DNA from: Acidimicrobiia bacterium
Lineage (GTDB): Bacteria > Actinomycetota > Acidimicrobiia > Spongiisociales > ZC4RG35
Length of the DNA: 64,000 nt
Reading direction: 5' to 3'
Assembly (NCBI GenBank): GCA_035512955.1
Contig: DATKCZ010000023.1
Coordinates: forward strand, 15,698 to 79,697
Shown here: one piece after another, positions 55,435 to 64,000 of the stretch
Layout of the letters: the number at the start of each line of letters is the position of its first letter
Position numbering within the stretch: position 1 is the stretch's first letter
The notes under the pieces: model-generated
Told to the model about the DNA's origin: nothing
Databases searched by the model: none
The model's input: the letters and a program-made list of their open reading frames with translations, nothing else
Position numbers and translations under genes: made by a program

Positions 55435-56609
55435 CTCGCCGCTCCCTTGGTCCCAAACGAGACCTGGAGCGTTCCACCCTCGAGACGGGCTTTGGTGACC
55501 TCCCTCCGGAGGAGGGCGTCGGGGAGCAGAAACGATCGCCGGTACGAGCCCAACTGGATATACAGCTCATGACCATGACGGAACACGTCGAGCTCGGTCC
55601 TGTCGAAGAACGGGACGTCGAGCTCCATCGAGACCGTGTCCCCACTCTCGACCACCCGAAAAGGGCTGGTCGCGTGGAAGTCCCCGATCGCATCTTGGTC
55701 GCCATACAACTCACCGGCCATGAGCCGGAGCCGCTCCACCCCCACCATCTCGTCGTCGAACAGCCGCAGGCGGAGTCTCGGCACATCGGCGAACGCATCG
55801 TCGATCGAGTCGAGATGGCCCTTCTGTATCGCTCGCCAACGCTCGAAGTAGGGGTCCTCGACGAGGTCGGGGAGCACGCGGTTTACGATCACGCCGTCGA
55901 CCCCATACCCGAACAGACCGAGATAGCTGTAGGTGCGCCGCGCCTCGTCGATGACCATCTTCTCGGGGTTGACCACCAATCGCGCAGAGGTGATCTCGGG
56001 TTGTGACATCAGCTCCTTCACACCTTCGACGCTGTCGAAAACCGACTGGGCGGCAGTGAACACCTCGTCCTCGGGGATGGGCAGGCTGGTGAGTCGGTTG
56101 AGGAGAGGGCGGGCGGCTTTCATCAGACGGCGCTCTGTGGGGAGCACCTTCTCGAAATACCAGGAGAGGACTTCGGGGAGTGACAGAAGACGCAGGGTCT
56201 CAGCGGTCGGGGCACAGTCGACCACCAGCACGTCGTATCTCCCGGATCTGGCATGACGATTCACCTCGAGGAGGGCGAAGAGCTCGTCCATGCCGGGGAA
56301 CACCAGAAACTCCTCGGCCTCGATCCCGGCTGCTCCACCCCAGTCGAGAACCTCGATCAGTTGTTGGCGAATCGAGCCCCAGTAGAGATCGAGCTGACGC
56401 TGGGTGTCGATCTGTTGACCCTCAAGACGATCGACGATCTTCGTCGGCTGACTTCCGAGATCGATGGTCAGTGCATCAGAGAGCGAATGGGCCGGGTCCG
56501 TCGACGTCACCAGGGTGCGATGACCGGCATCGGCTGCGGCCAGAGCGGTGGCCGCGGCAACCGTCGTCTTCCCAACTCCCCCCTTGCCGGTGACGAGGAC
56601 GATCCTCAT
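55431..56609 (-). CDS. ArsA/GET3-family ATPase with C-terminal ArsA-HSP20-like domain
   Basis: IVLVTGKGGVGKTTVAA Walker A, TSTDPAHSLSD (ArsA signature), VVDCAPTAETLRLL. A C-terminal beta-rich domain of about 90 aa (VVESGDTVSMELDVPF..YIQLGSYRRSFLLPD). Confidence 0.8.
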   Translation of the reverse strand: MRIVLVTGKGGVGKTTVAAATALAAADAGHRTLVTSTDPAHSLSDALTIDLGSQPTKIVDRLEGQQIDTQRQLDLYWGSIRQQLIEVLDWGGAAGIEAEEFLVFPGMDELFALLEVNRHARSGRYDVLVVDCAPTAETLRLLSLPEVLSWYFEKVLPTERRLMKAARPLLNRLTSLPIPEDEVFTAAQSVFDSVEGVKELMSQPEITSARLVVNPEKMVIDEARRTYSYLGLFGYGVDGVIVNRVLPDLVEDPYFERWRAIQKGHLDSIDDAFADVPRLRLRLFDDEMVGVERLRLMAGELYGDQDAIGDFHATSPFRVVESGDTVSMELDVPFFDRTELDVFRHGHELYIQLGSYRRSFLLPDALLRREVTKARLEGGTLQVSFGTKGAAR

Positions 56610-56611
56610 GG

Positions 56612-57052
56612 TCAGCCGCCTGTGGCGACCCGCTTACGCAGCCCGCGCAGCGCGGTGGAGACGATTTGCTTCTCGGCCTGGCGCCTGATGAACCCGGGGA
56701 TGATGAAGTTGGGCTCCACGGTCAGCGAGTACACCACCTCGGTGGCGTCTCCGTCGGCGGGATCGAACTGATAAGAGCCCTCGAGCATCTTCAAATCGTC
56801 GCTCTCCTCGGCCACCCAGCTGAGCACCTTGGGGCGGTCGTGGTGGTATCGGAGGACGTACTCGATCTCCTTGACGAACCCCTCGAGGACGAACCTGGCG
56901 CGGTCGACCCGACCCTCCGGGTCGACCTCGAGCACCTCGACCTCCTTTACTCCGCTGGCCCACTCGGGGTACGAGGCGACGTCGGCGGCGGCGTCATACA
57001 GCTCTTCGGCGGTGGCGTCGATCTCGAGTGTGGAGAAGGTTCTCTCAGCCAT
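56612..57052 (-). CDS. SRPBCC-family protein (polyketide cyclase/START-like)
   Basis: 146 aa with the SRPBCC pattern (..YPEWASGVKEVEVLE..). 3-nt gap to the upstream ArsA gene. Confidence 0.65.
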   Translation of the reverse strand: MAERTFSTLEIDATAEELYDAAADVASYPEWASGVKEVEVLEVDPEGRVDRARFVLEGFVKEIEYVLRYHHDRPKVLSWVAEESDDLKMLEGSYQFDPADGDATEVVYSLTVEPNFIIPGFIRRQAEKQIVSTALRGLRKRVATGG

Positions 57053-57067
57053 GTGGGAGGGCGAACA

Positions 57068-57856
57068 TTAGCCAACGGACCCGATATGAACGATTGCGCC
57101 CTCCAGGCGGAGATACCGGCCGGTCGCCCTGAAATACCCGGCATTGACACAGCGGGTGCGCCCCACCCGCCAGGTCGACGCCTGGGGTTGGTGGACGTCA
57201 CCGAACAGGTGATAGAGCGGCTGGTTCTCGACGAGATAGTCGCGGATGGGATCCGAGCCCCGTTCCTCCCGACCGGTCACCACATCACGTCTCAGCGCCG
57301 GCACCGCCGGGGGCACATGGGTGCAGAGCACGTCCACCCCCCGGATCGCGGTCAACATCTCCCGCATCTCCTCGTCGGAGACCTCACCTTCGGCACCGAT
57401 GGGGGTGGGCACCCCTCCTCCGACGAACCCGATGGTGAGACCGCCCCGCTCGACCACCTCGCCATGCACATAGCGAAAGCTCTCGGGGAGCACCGACCGG
57501 AGAGTGTCCGGCCGGTCGACGTTGCCGTGGATGACCAGACCATGACCGGAGGAGAGGGCATCGGCGGCCCGGCGGTATTGGACGGCGAGCTCCTCGCCGA
57601 TCCTCTCTCTCAGGTCCCCGCCCGACGTGACCGCCTGCTCGGTCCACAACGAGCGCATCCGGCCGTAGTCACCCTCCGCCCTCGCCGCCGAGGTCCGGTT
57701 GGCGAAGTCGAGACCGAGCACCTCGGCAACCGCCCCGGAACCGGTCCGATAGTCGGTGAGGTTGACCAGATCCCCCAGGATCACGATCTCCTCCCCCATC
57801 TCGACGAGGCGTCGCAAAGCCCCCGGAGCATCGTGGACATCGGAGACGAACAGCAT
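57068..57856 (-). CDS. Metallophosphoesterase
   Basis: MLFVSDVHD (motif I), ILGDLV (II), GNVD (III), CTHVPP and FGDVHQ (GHxH-like). Confidence 0.7.
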   Translation of the reverse strand: MLFVSDVHDAPGALRRLVEMGEEIVILGDLVNLTDYRTGSGAVAEVLGLDFANRTSAARAEGDYGRMRSLWTEQAVTSGGDLRERIGEELAVQYRRAADALSSGHGLVIHGNVDRPDTLRSVLPESFRYVHGEVVERGGLTIGFVGGGVPTPIGAEGEVSDEEMREMLTAIRGVDVLCTHVPPAVPALRRDVVTGREERGSDPIRDYLVENQPLYHLFGDVHQPQASTWRVGRTRCVNAGYFRATGRYLRLEGAIVHIGSVG

Positions 57857-58149
57857 CAAGTCTCTGTCTGCCCGACCGAGTAGCGAACCCACAGCCCTGA
57901 GACGATGGCGGCGCCGATGGCGATCAGCAACGACACCTGCCAGCTGAGGTCGAGCGGGGAGAACTCCGCCGACATCCCGCCCATGCCGAAGCCGATGGCC
58001 GCCCCGACCACCAGCTTCCCGACGGGGCCGATCCTCACCCCCGGATCCCGGTCCTCACGGCCCAGGTTCTCGGCGAGGGCGCCACCCAGGATGATCACCA
58101 ACAGTGCGATGAGGCCGAGCACCAGGGCAATGGAATAGACCTTGATCAT
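57856..58149 (-). CDS. Small hypothetical membrane protein
   Basis: MIKVYSIALVLGLIALLVIILGGALAENLG.. with 2-3 TM. The longer track ORF N-terminus is a Pro/Arg-rich extension. Confidence 0.35.
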   Translation of the reverse strand: MIKVYSIALVLGLIALLVIILGGALAENLGREDRDPGVRIGPVGKLVVGAAIGFGMGGMSAEFSPLDLSWQVSLLIAIGAAIVSGLWVRYSVGQTET

Positions 58150-58183
58150 CGGCGAGCAGGGTAACGCCGGCCCGAACAAGCTC

Positions 58184-58372
58184 CTAAGAGACCCGGCGCT
58201 CCGCCGGGACCAGCCGCAACCTGGGGACGAGGCCCTCTTCGGCCAGGTTGGCGATGGCCTCGGCCTGGTTGTCACTCAGGTCGACGGGACCGCCACCCAG
58301 CAGGTAGTTGACGACGCAGTCGTCGCAAGCACTGGTGTCCCGCATCGCACATTGTTCGCAATCGATCAGCAT
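58184..58372 (-). CDS. Small Cys-rich (CxxC-x7-CxxC) hypothetical protein, 62 aa
   Basis: MLIDCEQCAMRDTSACDDCVVNYLLGGGPVDLSDNQAEAIANLAEEGLVPRL. The ATG is preceded by AGGAGG at -11 to -6. It is embedded in a longer artifactual track ORF. Confidence 0.4.
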   Translation of the reverse strand: MLIDCEQCAMRDTSACDDCVVNYLLGGGPVDLSDNQAEAIANLAEEGLVPRLRLVPAERRVS

Positions 58373-58464
58373 CTCGACCTCCTGATGGGCAAGGTAGGTC
58401 GAGCCTGTGACAGATTTCGCGTGCTTGAGCCGTGGGCAGTGCAACCGGCGCCCGTCGGCGTCCG

Positions 58465-59376
58465 TCAGCCGACCTGATCGAGGAAGGTGAGCACCGCGCT
58501 CAGATAACCCTCGAGGTCGGTGTTGAACGAGTCGACGTGGCCGGCCCCTTCCACCTGGACCAGTTGCACCAGGTCGGGTTGCGCCTCCGCCAGGGCAATG
58601 CTCTGCGCGATCGGAATCGAGTCGTCTTCGACCCCATGTATGGCGAGCACCGGCACCCGCAGCGAGCGCTCCGCCTTGTCTATGTAGTCGAGCGACTTCC
58701 AGTTGACGTCGATGCGCAGTGAGGTGAAGAACTTCGCCACCCACGAGATGGTTGGCGGGACATTGATCGGGAGGACGGGAAGCTTCTCGGTGCTCCCCCG
58801 GTAGTCGACGGTGGAACCGAGGTCGATGTTGGCCGAGTCGAGGATCAGTCCCCCGAGATCGTCGAAATTGTGCCGGAACACGTAAGACAAGGCATGGGAC
58901 GCCCCGCTGCCGTAGCCGGTAAGGACGATCTCGAGGGCACCGTTGGCCCGGGCGTACTCCACCGCACCGCTCAGGTCCTCCCATTCGGTGGCCCCGTAGT
59001 GAAAGTAGCCGGAAGGGTCAGGGGGTTGGTTCTCGTCGTTGCGAAAGGTGATCGCCAGCTGTGGGTAGCCCGCTCCCTGTAACGGCGCGAAGAGCACCCC
59101 CGGCTCGGCGGGAGTGGCGTTGAGACCATGGACGTGGATCACCCATGTCGTCCCCGAGGCGGGGAGGTGCCAGGCGTCCATCTCCCCCAACCCGGACTCA
59201 TAGACGACCTCGATCAACTCGAAGTCGCCGTCGGGGATGACGATGGGGTCCGGGTCCGGGGTGAAGTCATCGTCGATGATCCGGCTGGAGTAGTGCCAGC
59301 CCCCGCCGACATGGACCACGAGGATCAGTGTGATCAGCCCCCAGAAGATCCTCCGAAACACGCTGCGCGAAGACAT
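58465..59376 (-). CDS. Alpha/beta hydrolase family protein
   Basis: N-terminal TM or signal anchor. Nucleophile elbow GYGSGAS (G-x-S-x-G), acid and His in LAIHGVEDD / GAGHVD. Confidence 0.75.
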   Translation of the reverse strand: MSSRSVFRRIFWGLITLILVVHVGGGWHYSSRIIDDDFTPDPDPIVIPDGDFELIEVVYESGLGEMDAWHLPASGTTWVIHVHGLNATPAEPGVLFAPLQGAGYPQLAITFRNDENQPPDPSGYFHYGATEWEDLSGAVEYARANGALEIVLTGYGSGASHALSYVFRHNFDDLGGLILDSANIDLGSTVDYRGSTEKLPVLPINVPPTISWVAKFFTSLRIDVNWKSLDYIDKAERSLRVPVLAIHGVEDDSIPIAQSIALAEAQPDLVQLVQVEGAGHVDSFNTDLEGYLSAVLTFLDQVG

Positions 59377-59397
59377 GGTCGGCGATTCTGGTCGATA

Positions 59398-60309
59398 TCA
59401 GGCGCCAGGCAATGACAAACCACCGACGAGATGCTCGTCGTGGTCGGTCACCGGGATGGGGTCGGACCCGAAGGTCGGCTCCAGCTCCCATGCCTGGACC
59501 ATGGTCTCGTCGAGCCTCACCGAGATGGCCTCCTCCATCACCGAGGCCACCGGGTCGGCCCCGGCCTTCATCAGACCCTCACGTCGCACCAGACCGACCA
59601 GTCGCCCCTCGTCGGCCACGGCCAGGGTGTTCTCGGCGTGGATTCTGAGGGTGTCGTCGGCGTGCCGCAACGGTGCCACATAGACCGGCTCACCCATGAA
59701 CCGGAAGACACGATCGGGTGCGCTGCGGACCACGACCGCGCCTGCCTGGGCCGTGCGGCGAAGACGGGCGCCAGGCCCGGTCCGAAAGCGATTGAGCCAA
59801 GAACCGCCCGGGGCACCCAATACCAGCAAGGTTCCTTGGTCGAGGTCGTCGACCAGCTCGGATATGCCGTCGACCACCACCACCCTGCGCCCGATGCCGG
59901 GGAGATGAGCGCCTACCTGATCGAGGATCTCCTGGGCGGAGCCGATCTCGTCCTCGGCCGAGGCCGCGGAGAGCATCTCGGCCGCCACGCCCAAATTCGA
60001 GCCGAGCACGGCGGCGGTCTCTGCCGCCAGCACCGAGTGGGGGCCACCGGCGACGGTGGCGACGACCTTGCGCACCCGATCGGGCTCGAAATCGATGGGC
60101 ACCGCCACGTTGACCAGGTCGAAGCCGGAGGGAAGCTTCTTGGCCACGAGCACGTCGGCGCGTTCGTTGATGCAGCCGTCGGCGAGGTCTCCCTGGACAC
60201 GATCGGCCCGCTCCCCGGCCAGTAGCTCCGCCAGCTCGTTACATCCCTTGCCCCGAGTCCAGACGACCTTGAGACGCTCATCCCCTGAGGACAGGGGGGT
60301 CACGACGAT
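59398..60309 (-). CDS. Hypothetical protein with Usp-like and C-terminal CBS-like regions
   Basis: The C-terminal 300 aa have coding-like composition (KVVATVAGGPHSVLAAETAAVLG.. Usp-like, then VFRFMGEPVYVAPLRHADDTLRIHAENTLAVADEGRLVGLVRREGLMKAG, CBS-like). The upstream 330 aa of the track ORF overlap the nitroreductase gene and are Arg/Gly/Pro artifact. Start is uncertain. Confidence 0.45.
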   Translation of the reverse strand: MVVTPLSSGDERLKVVWTRGKGCNELAELLAGERADRVQGDLADGCINERADVLVAKKLPSGFDLVNVAVPIDFEPDRVRKVVATVAGGPHSVLAAETAAVLGSNLGVAAEMLSAASAEDEIGSAQEILDQVGAHLPGIGRRVVVVDGISELVDDLDQGTLLVLGAPGGSWLNRFRTGPGARLRRTAQAGAVVVRSAPDRVFRFMGEPVYVAPLRHADDTLRIHAENTLAVADEGRLVGLVRREGLMKAGADPVASVMEEAISVRLDETMVQAWELEPTFGSDPIPVTDHDEHLVGGLSLPGA

Positions 60310-60426
60310 GCCCGCCCGTGGTCTCGTCCTGGTGTCACAACCACGAATCTCACTGTAGACATCAACTCCTGCTTTCGTTGCCCCGCTTCGACCCACATTC
60401 GCATGAGGCGATGACAGAATCGGTGC

Positions 60427-61020
60427 ATGGAGTTCTCCGATGTCCTCGCTCGTCGCCGGATGGTCCGCAATTACACCGCCGAGCCGGTGGATCCGGCCGC
60501 CCTCGACCGGATCGCGGCGGCGGCGTTGCGCGCTCCCTCCGCGGGCAACAGCCAGGCGATCGGGGTGGTGGTGGTGACCCACGAGATGAGGAAACGGGAT
60601 ATCGCCGACATCGCCGACGAGCCCGCGTACGTCGAGGCGGGTTTCGACCCCTGGATCTCGAAGGCGCCCGCCCATATCGTCATCTCGGTCAGCGAGAAGG
60701 TGTATCGCGACCGATACTCGGAGCCGGACAAGCTGGGGTCGGAAGGTGAGGAGATGGATTGGCCGGTCCCCTACTGGTGGGTCGACGCCGGGGCCTCGAT
60801 GATGGCCGTCCTGCTGGCGGCGGTGGACGAGGGGCTCGGCGCCGGATTCCTGGGGGTCCACTCCGTCCCCGAGCTGGCCAAGCTGCTGGGCATCCCCGAC
60901 CACTTCCAACCGATCGGGGTGGTGACCGTAGGCCATGCCGCACCCGATCGCCGCTCGGGCAGTCTCGATCGGCCCAAGAAGACCGCCCGGGATGTGATCT
61001 TCGCCAATTCCTGGGGTTAG
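60427..61020 (+). CDS. Nitroreductase family protein
   Basis: VLARRRMVRNYTAEPV N-terminus. Nitroreductase fold pattern and a C-terminal GAGFLG region. Confidence 0.8.
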   Translation: MEFSDVLARRRMVRNYTAEPVDPAALDRIAAAALRAPSAGNSQAIGVVVVTHEMRKRDIADIADEPAYVEAGFDPWISKAPAHIVISVSEKVYRDRYSEPDKLGSEGEEMDWPVPYWWVDAGASMMAVLLAAVDEGLGAGFLGVHSVPELAKLLGIPDHFQPIGVVTVGHAAPDRRSGSLDRPKKTARDVIFANSWG

Positions 61021-61238
61021 TCCCCTGCGGAGAGCATCCTCTCCAGGGTCTCCATGGCCCGGGGACGGTCGCCCGACCGGACCAGGACCTCGACCCCGGT
61101 GGCAGCGGCGAGGACCGGGGCAGTGGCCCCGAGATCGTCCGATCGGACCACCGCCTCGATCCCCTCGCTCTCGAGTCGAGCCTTCACCAGATTCGCCTCC
61201 GTGACCGATCCGTAGGTTCCCAGTCTCACCAGGTCCAT
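61017..61238 (-). CDS. DUF2007-like small protein (putative signal-transducing beta-alpha-beta protein)
   Basis: 73 aa. LVRLGTYGSVTEANLVKARLESEGIEAVVRSDD matches the DUF2007 pattern. Confidence 0.55.
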   Translation of the reverse strand: MDLVRLGTYGSVTEANLVKARLESEGIEAVVRSDDLGATAPVLAAATGVEVLVRSGDRPRAMETLERMLSAGD

Positions 61239-61276
61239 CCACCGAGCATACGGGGGGGCAATGGGATACTCCCTCG

Positions 61277-62056
61277 ATGGGATACAACATCACCTCCCCG
61301 GGCAACGACCGGATCAAGCGACTGGTCAGGCTTCGGGAGCGTCGTCATCGCGACGCCGAGGGTGTCTTCGTCGTCGAAGGGGAGCGTCTCTACCGACGTG
61401 CCCTCGCCGCAGGGTTGACCCCTGAACTGACCCTCGTCGACGGGAGGACCGTCATCGACACCACCGGCCCCACCCTCACTGTCGAGCCGGCGCTCCTCGA
61501 TAAGGTCTCCTACCGGCAGCGGTCACAGGGGTTGGTCGCCATCTTCCCCCAGCTCGAGACGGGTCTGCACACCTTCGCCGACCCCTCCGATCCCTTGCTA
61601 CTCGTCACCGAGAACATCGAAAAGCCGGGAAACCTCGGAGCAATGCTGCGCACTGCCGCCGCGGCCGGGGTGACAGGACTGGTCACGGTCGGGAGGACGG
61701 TCGACCCCCACAACCCGAACGTGGTCCGGTCCTCCACCGGCGCACTGTTCAAAGTGCCGCTGGCCGTGTCCGATTGGGACGAGTTCGAGACCTGGGCCCG
61801 AGCCAGAGGCATCAGGGTGATCGGCGCCGCGCCGAGCGCCACCACCCCGGTGTGGGACACCGACCTCACCGGTGGGGTGGCGGTGGTCATCGGCTCCGAG
61901 GACCTGGGTCTGTCGGAGCGGGCAGCCGCACTCGCCGATGCGCTCACCGCCATCCCTCAAGCCAAGGACCGGGTGGACTCGCTGAACGTCTCAGTGGCCG
62001 GGGCGGTCATCCTCTTCGAGGCGGTCCGGCAACGACGCTCCATCACCCATCGTTGA
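61277..62056 (+). CDS. TrmH/SpoU-family RNA 2'-O-methyltransferase
   Basis: SPOUT motifs NIEKPGNLGAMLRTAAAAG, VIGSEDLGLS and SLNVSVAGAVILFE. Confidence 0.8.
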   Translation: MGYNITSPGNDRIKRLVRLRERRHRDAEGVFVVEGERLYRRALAAGLTPELTLVDGRTVIDTTGPTLTVEPALLDKVSYRQRSQGLVAIFPQLETGLHTFADPSDPLLLVTENIEKPGNLGAMLRTAAAAGVTGLVTVGRTVDPHNPNVVRSSTGALFKVPLAVSDWDEFETWARARGIRVIGAAPSATTPVWDTDLTGGVAVVIGSEDLGLSERAAALADALTAIPQAKDRVDSLNVSVAGAVILFEAVRQRRSITHR

Positions 62057-62092
62057 CATCGAACACTTGTTCGAGTTAGCCTCGTCGGGGCT

Positions 62093-63742
62093 TTGGCCCT
62101 TCCAGATCTCGTCTTTCAGCCCAGTTTCGACGATCTGTCCACACCCCTGTTCGACGTCACCTTCTGTGTGCTCGACCTCGAGACCACCGGCGGCTCCCCG
62201 GCGAGTTGTGAGATAACCGAGATCGGGGCGGTGAAGTACCGCGGTGGCGATCTCGAGGCTACCTTCCAGACCCTGGTCGACCCCGGTCTCGACATCCCCC
62301 CTTCGATAACCATCCTCACCGGGATCACCCAGGCCATGGTGATCGACGCCCCCAAGATCGAATCGGTGCTCCCCTCATTGCTCGAGTTCATCGGGGACGC
62401 GGTAATCGTCGGTCACAACGTCAGGTTCGACCTCTCCTTCCTCAATGCGGCATCGATGCGTCTCGGGTATGGCCGTCTCCCCAACAAGTCGGCCGACACC
62501 GCCGCTCTGGCCCGCCGTCTGGTCCGCTCCGAGGTGCGCAACCTGCGTCTGCGCAGTCTCGCCGCCCACTTCCGCAGTCCCACCACCCCCAACCACCGGG
62601 CGTTGGAAGATGCCCGGGCCACGGCGCATGTCTTCCACGCCCTCCTCGAGCGGGCGGGCTCTCTGGGTGTGACCAATCTCGACGACCTCCTCCAACTGCC
62701 CACTGCCAGGGGAAGCGCCCACTACTCCAAGATCCGTCTCACCGAGAACCTCCCCCGTCGGCCCGGCGTGTACGTGTTCAAGGACCGCAATGGGGCCCCC
62801 ATCTACATCGGCAAGGCGACCAACCTCAGGGCCAGGGTGCGTCAGTACTTCTACGGGGACACCCGCAAGTCGATCGCAGGCATCATGAGGGAGCTCGACT
62901 CGATCGAATACCACGTCTGTGACACCGTCCTCGAGGCCGAGATCACCGAGCTTCGCATGATCCATGCAGATCGACCACGGCACAATCGCAGGTCCCGGCC
63001 CCCGAAGAGCTCGCACTTCGTCAAGGTGACCGACGAGACCTACCCGAGGCTCTCGGTGGTGCGCACCCTCAAGGACGACGGGATCGCCTATCTGGGGCCT
63101 TTCCGGTCGAAGAAGGCCGCAGACGAGGTCGTGGCAGCCATCTGGGACGCCATCCCGATCAGACGTTGCCACGCCCGGGCCGGGTCGCGAACGGGGAAGT
63201 GCGCCCCGGCTCAGCTGGGAGTCTCCCAATGCCCCTGCGACGGGAGCCTGGACCCGGGGGTGTACGCCCTGATCGTGGGGCAGCTGTTGGCCGCGCTCCG
63301 CGGCTCTCCCGGCCCTCTCCTCGGTCGTCTCGAGGAGCGCATGGCCCGGCTGGCTCGGCAGCAACGTTACGAGGAGGCGGGGTGGGCCCGGGACCGCCAC
63401 GATGCGCTGGTGGCCGCACTGCGACGTCGTTGGGAGTGGCAGGCGTTGGCCGATGCGGGTTGGCTCGAGGTCGAGCACGCCGATGGCACCACCGCGGTCA
63501 TCGACCATGGGACCCTGGTCGAGACGCGACCTCCCGGCGAACCGCAACGATTGCGCAACGGATTGCCCGAACCGGTGCAGGTGCCCGAGGTGGCCCCTTC
63601 CGTCGAGGCCTCCGACGAGGTCTCCATCATCTGGAGGTGGCTGGAGACGAACCAGGTGAGGCTCTCCGAGTCGACCGGTGCCCTGGCCTATCCCCTTCAC
63701 CGTCCCGAGCGACTCACCGTGGTGCGCAGGGCGGCGGCTTGA
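62093..63742 (+). CDS. DEDD 3'-5' exonuclease domain fused to GIY-YIG nuclease domain (Rv2191-like)
   Basis: Exo I-III: FCVLDLETTG, VGHNVRFDLSFL and HRALEDARATAHVF. Then GIY-YIG: PGVYVFKDRNGAPIYIGKATNLRARVRQYF. Then a UvrC-like Cys-rich region (RCHARAGSRTGKCAP..CPCDG). Confidence 0.8.
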   Translation: MALPDLVFQPSFDDLSTPLFDVTFCVLDLETTGGSPASCEITEIGAVKYRGGDLEATFQTLVDPGLDIPPSITILTGITQAMVIDAPKIESVLPSLLEFIGDAVIVGHNVRFDLSFLNAASMRLGYGRLPNKSADTAALARRLVRSEVRNLRLRSLAAHFRSPTTPNHRALEDARATAHVFHALLERAGSLGVTNLDDLLQLPTARGSAHYSKIRLTENLPRRPGVYVFKDRNGAPIYIGKATNLRARVRQYFYGDTRKSIAGIMRELDSIEYHVCDTVLEAEITELRMIHADRPRHNRRSRPPKSSHFVKVTDETYPRLSVVRTLKDDGIAYLGPFRSKKAADEVVAAIWDAIPIRRCHARAGSRTGKCAPAQLGVSQCPCDGSLDPGVYALIVGQLLAALRGSPGPLLGRLEERMARLARQQRYEEAGWARDRHDALVAALRRRWEWQALADAGWLEVEHADGTTAVIDHGTLVETRPPGEPQRLRNGLPEPVQVPEVAPSVEASDEVSIIWRWLETNQVRLSESTGALAYPLHRPERLTVVRRAAA

Positions 63743-63809
63743 GCCGTGCCATGCCGGCCCAATCCCGCGCCGACTTGAGACAACGACCGGGCCGAATGAG
63801 ACTCAGCCG

Positions 63810-64000
63810 ATGAGCCGGGTAGTCCAACTCGATGGAGCGGGGGTCTCCCTGGGCGGCCGCCCGGTCCTGCGGGACATCGATCTGTCGGTGGGCCCCGGGG
63901 AGACGGTGGGGATCGCCGGCCCCAACGGCTCGGGCAAGACCACCCTGACCAGGGTGGCCGCCACCCTCATCTCCGTCGACAGTGGCCGCGCCATCGTCCT
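63810..64000 (+). CDS. ABC transporter ATP-binding protein (partial, N-terminus only)
   Basis: MSRVVQLDGAGVSLGGRPVLRDIDLSVGPGETVGIAGPNGSGKTTL (Walker A). Runs off the window end, so it is absent from the ORF track. Confidence 0.6.
   Translation, partial: MSRVVQLDGAGVSLGGRPVLRDIDLSVGPGETVGIAGPNGSGKTTLTRVAATLISVDSGRAIV

Noticed and set aside
59398-61317. 639-aa minus-strand ORF
   Set aside because: Only the C-terminal 300 aa look coding. The upstream part overlaps a convincing plus-strand nitroreductase gene (60427-61020) and is compositionally artifactual.
1-64000. CRISPR arrays, rRNA and tRNA genes
   Set aside because: No regularly spaced direct repeats and no tRNA T-loop-like GGTTCGAATCC-type motifs in plausible context were seen. 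Every sizeable intergenic gap is accounted for by promoter regions.

Overview
This is a high-GC (about 68-70%) actinobacterial chromosomal window. Genes are densely packed on both strands with many 1-4 nt start/stop overlaps. The core of the window is a complete division and cell-wall (dcw) cluster on the minus strand: mraZ-rsmH-ftsL-ftsI-murE-mraY-murD-ftsW-murG-murC-murB-ftsQ-ftsZ-pgeF-yggS-sepF-yggT-divIVA (about 22.4-39.2 kb). It has no ftsA, ddl or murF. A promoter with phased GTGGG (MraZ-box-like) repeats lies upstream of mraZ. Immediately beyond divIVA, in the position where Streptomyces and Corynebacterium carry ileS, sits a full-length type-2 isoleucyl-tRNA synthetase homolog. By manual alignment from memory against M. 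tuberculosis IleS, it carries GIHT in place of HYGH, EMHGS in place of KMSKS, and WDCQGLW in place of WDTHGLP, while its editing-domain signatures are kept. A DUF222/HNH (13E12-like) endonuclease gene is inserted between this gene and divIVA. Other content: lspA-rluD-dnaE; thyA-folA; nth; two tandem ArsA-like ATPases plus a third ArsA-HSP20 protein; a MoxR-DUF58-transglutaminase triad; fabD-fabH-fabG-acpP; dinB; ltaE and an aminotransferase; a DEDD-exonuclease/GIY-YIG fusion; and a DUF167 gene with an internal frameshift at an intragenic 22-nt direct repeat. I recognised no rRNA, tRNA or CRISPR arrays. All calls come from reading the supplied translations and sequence by eye. No database searches were run.
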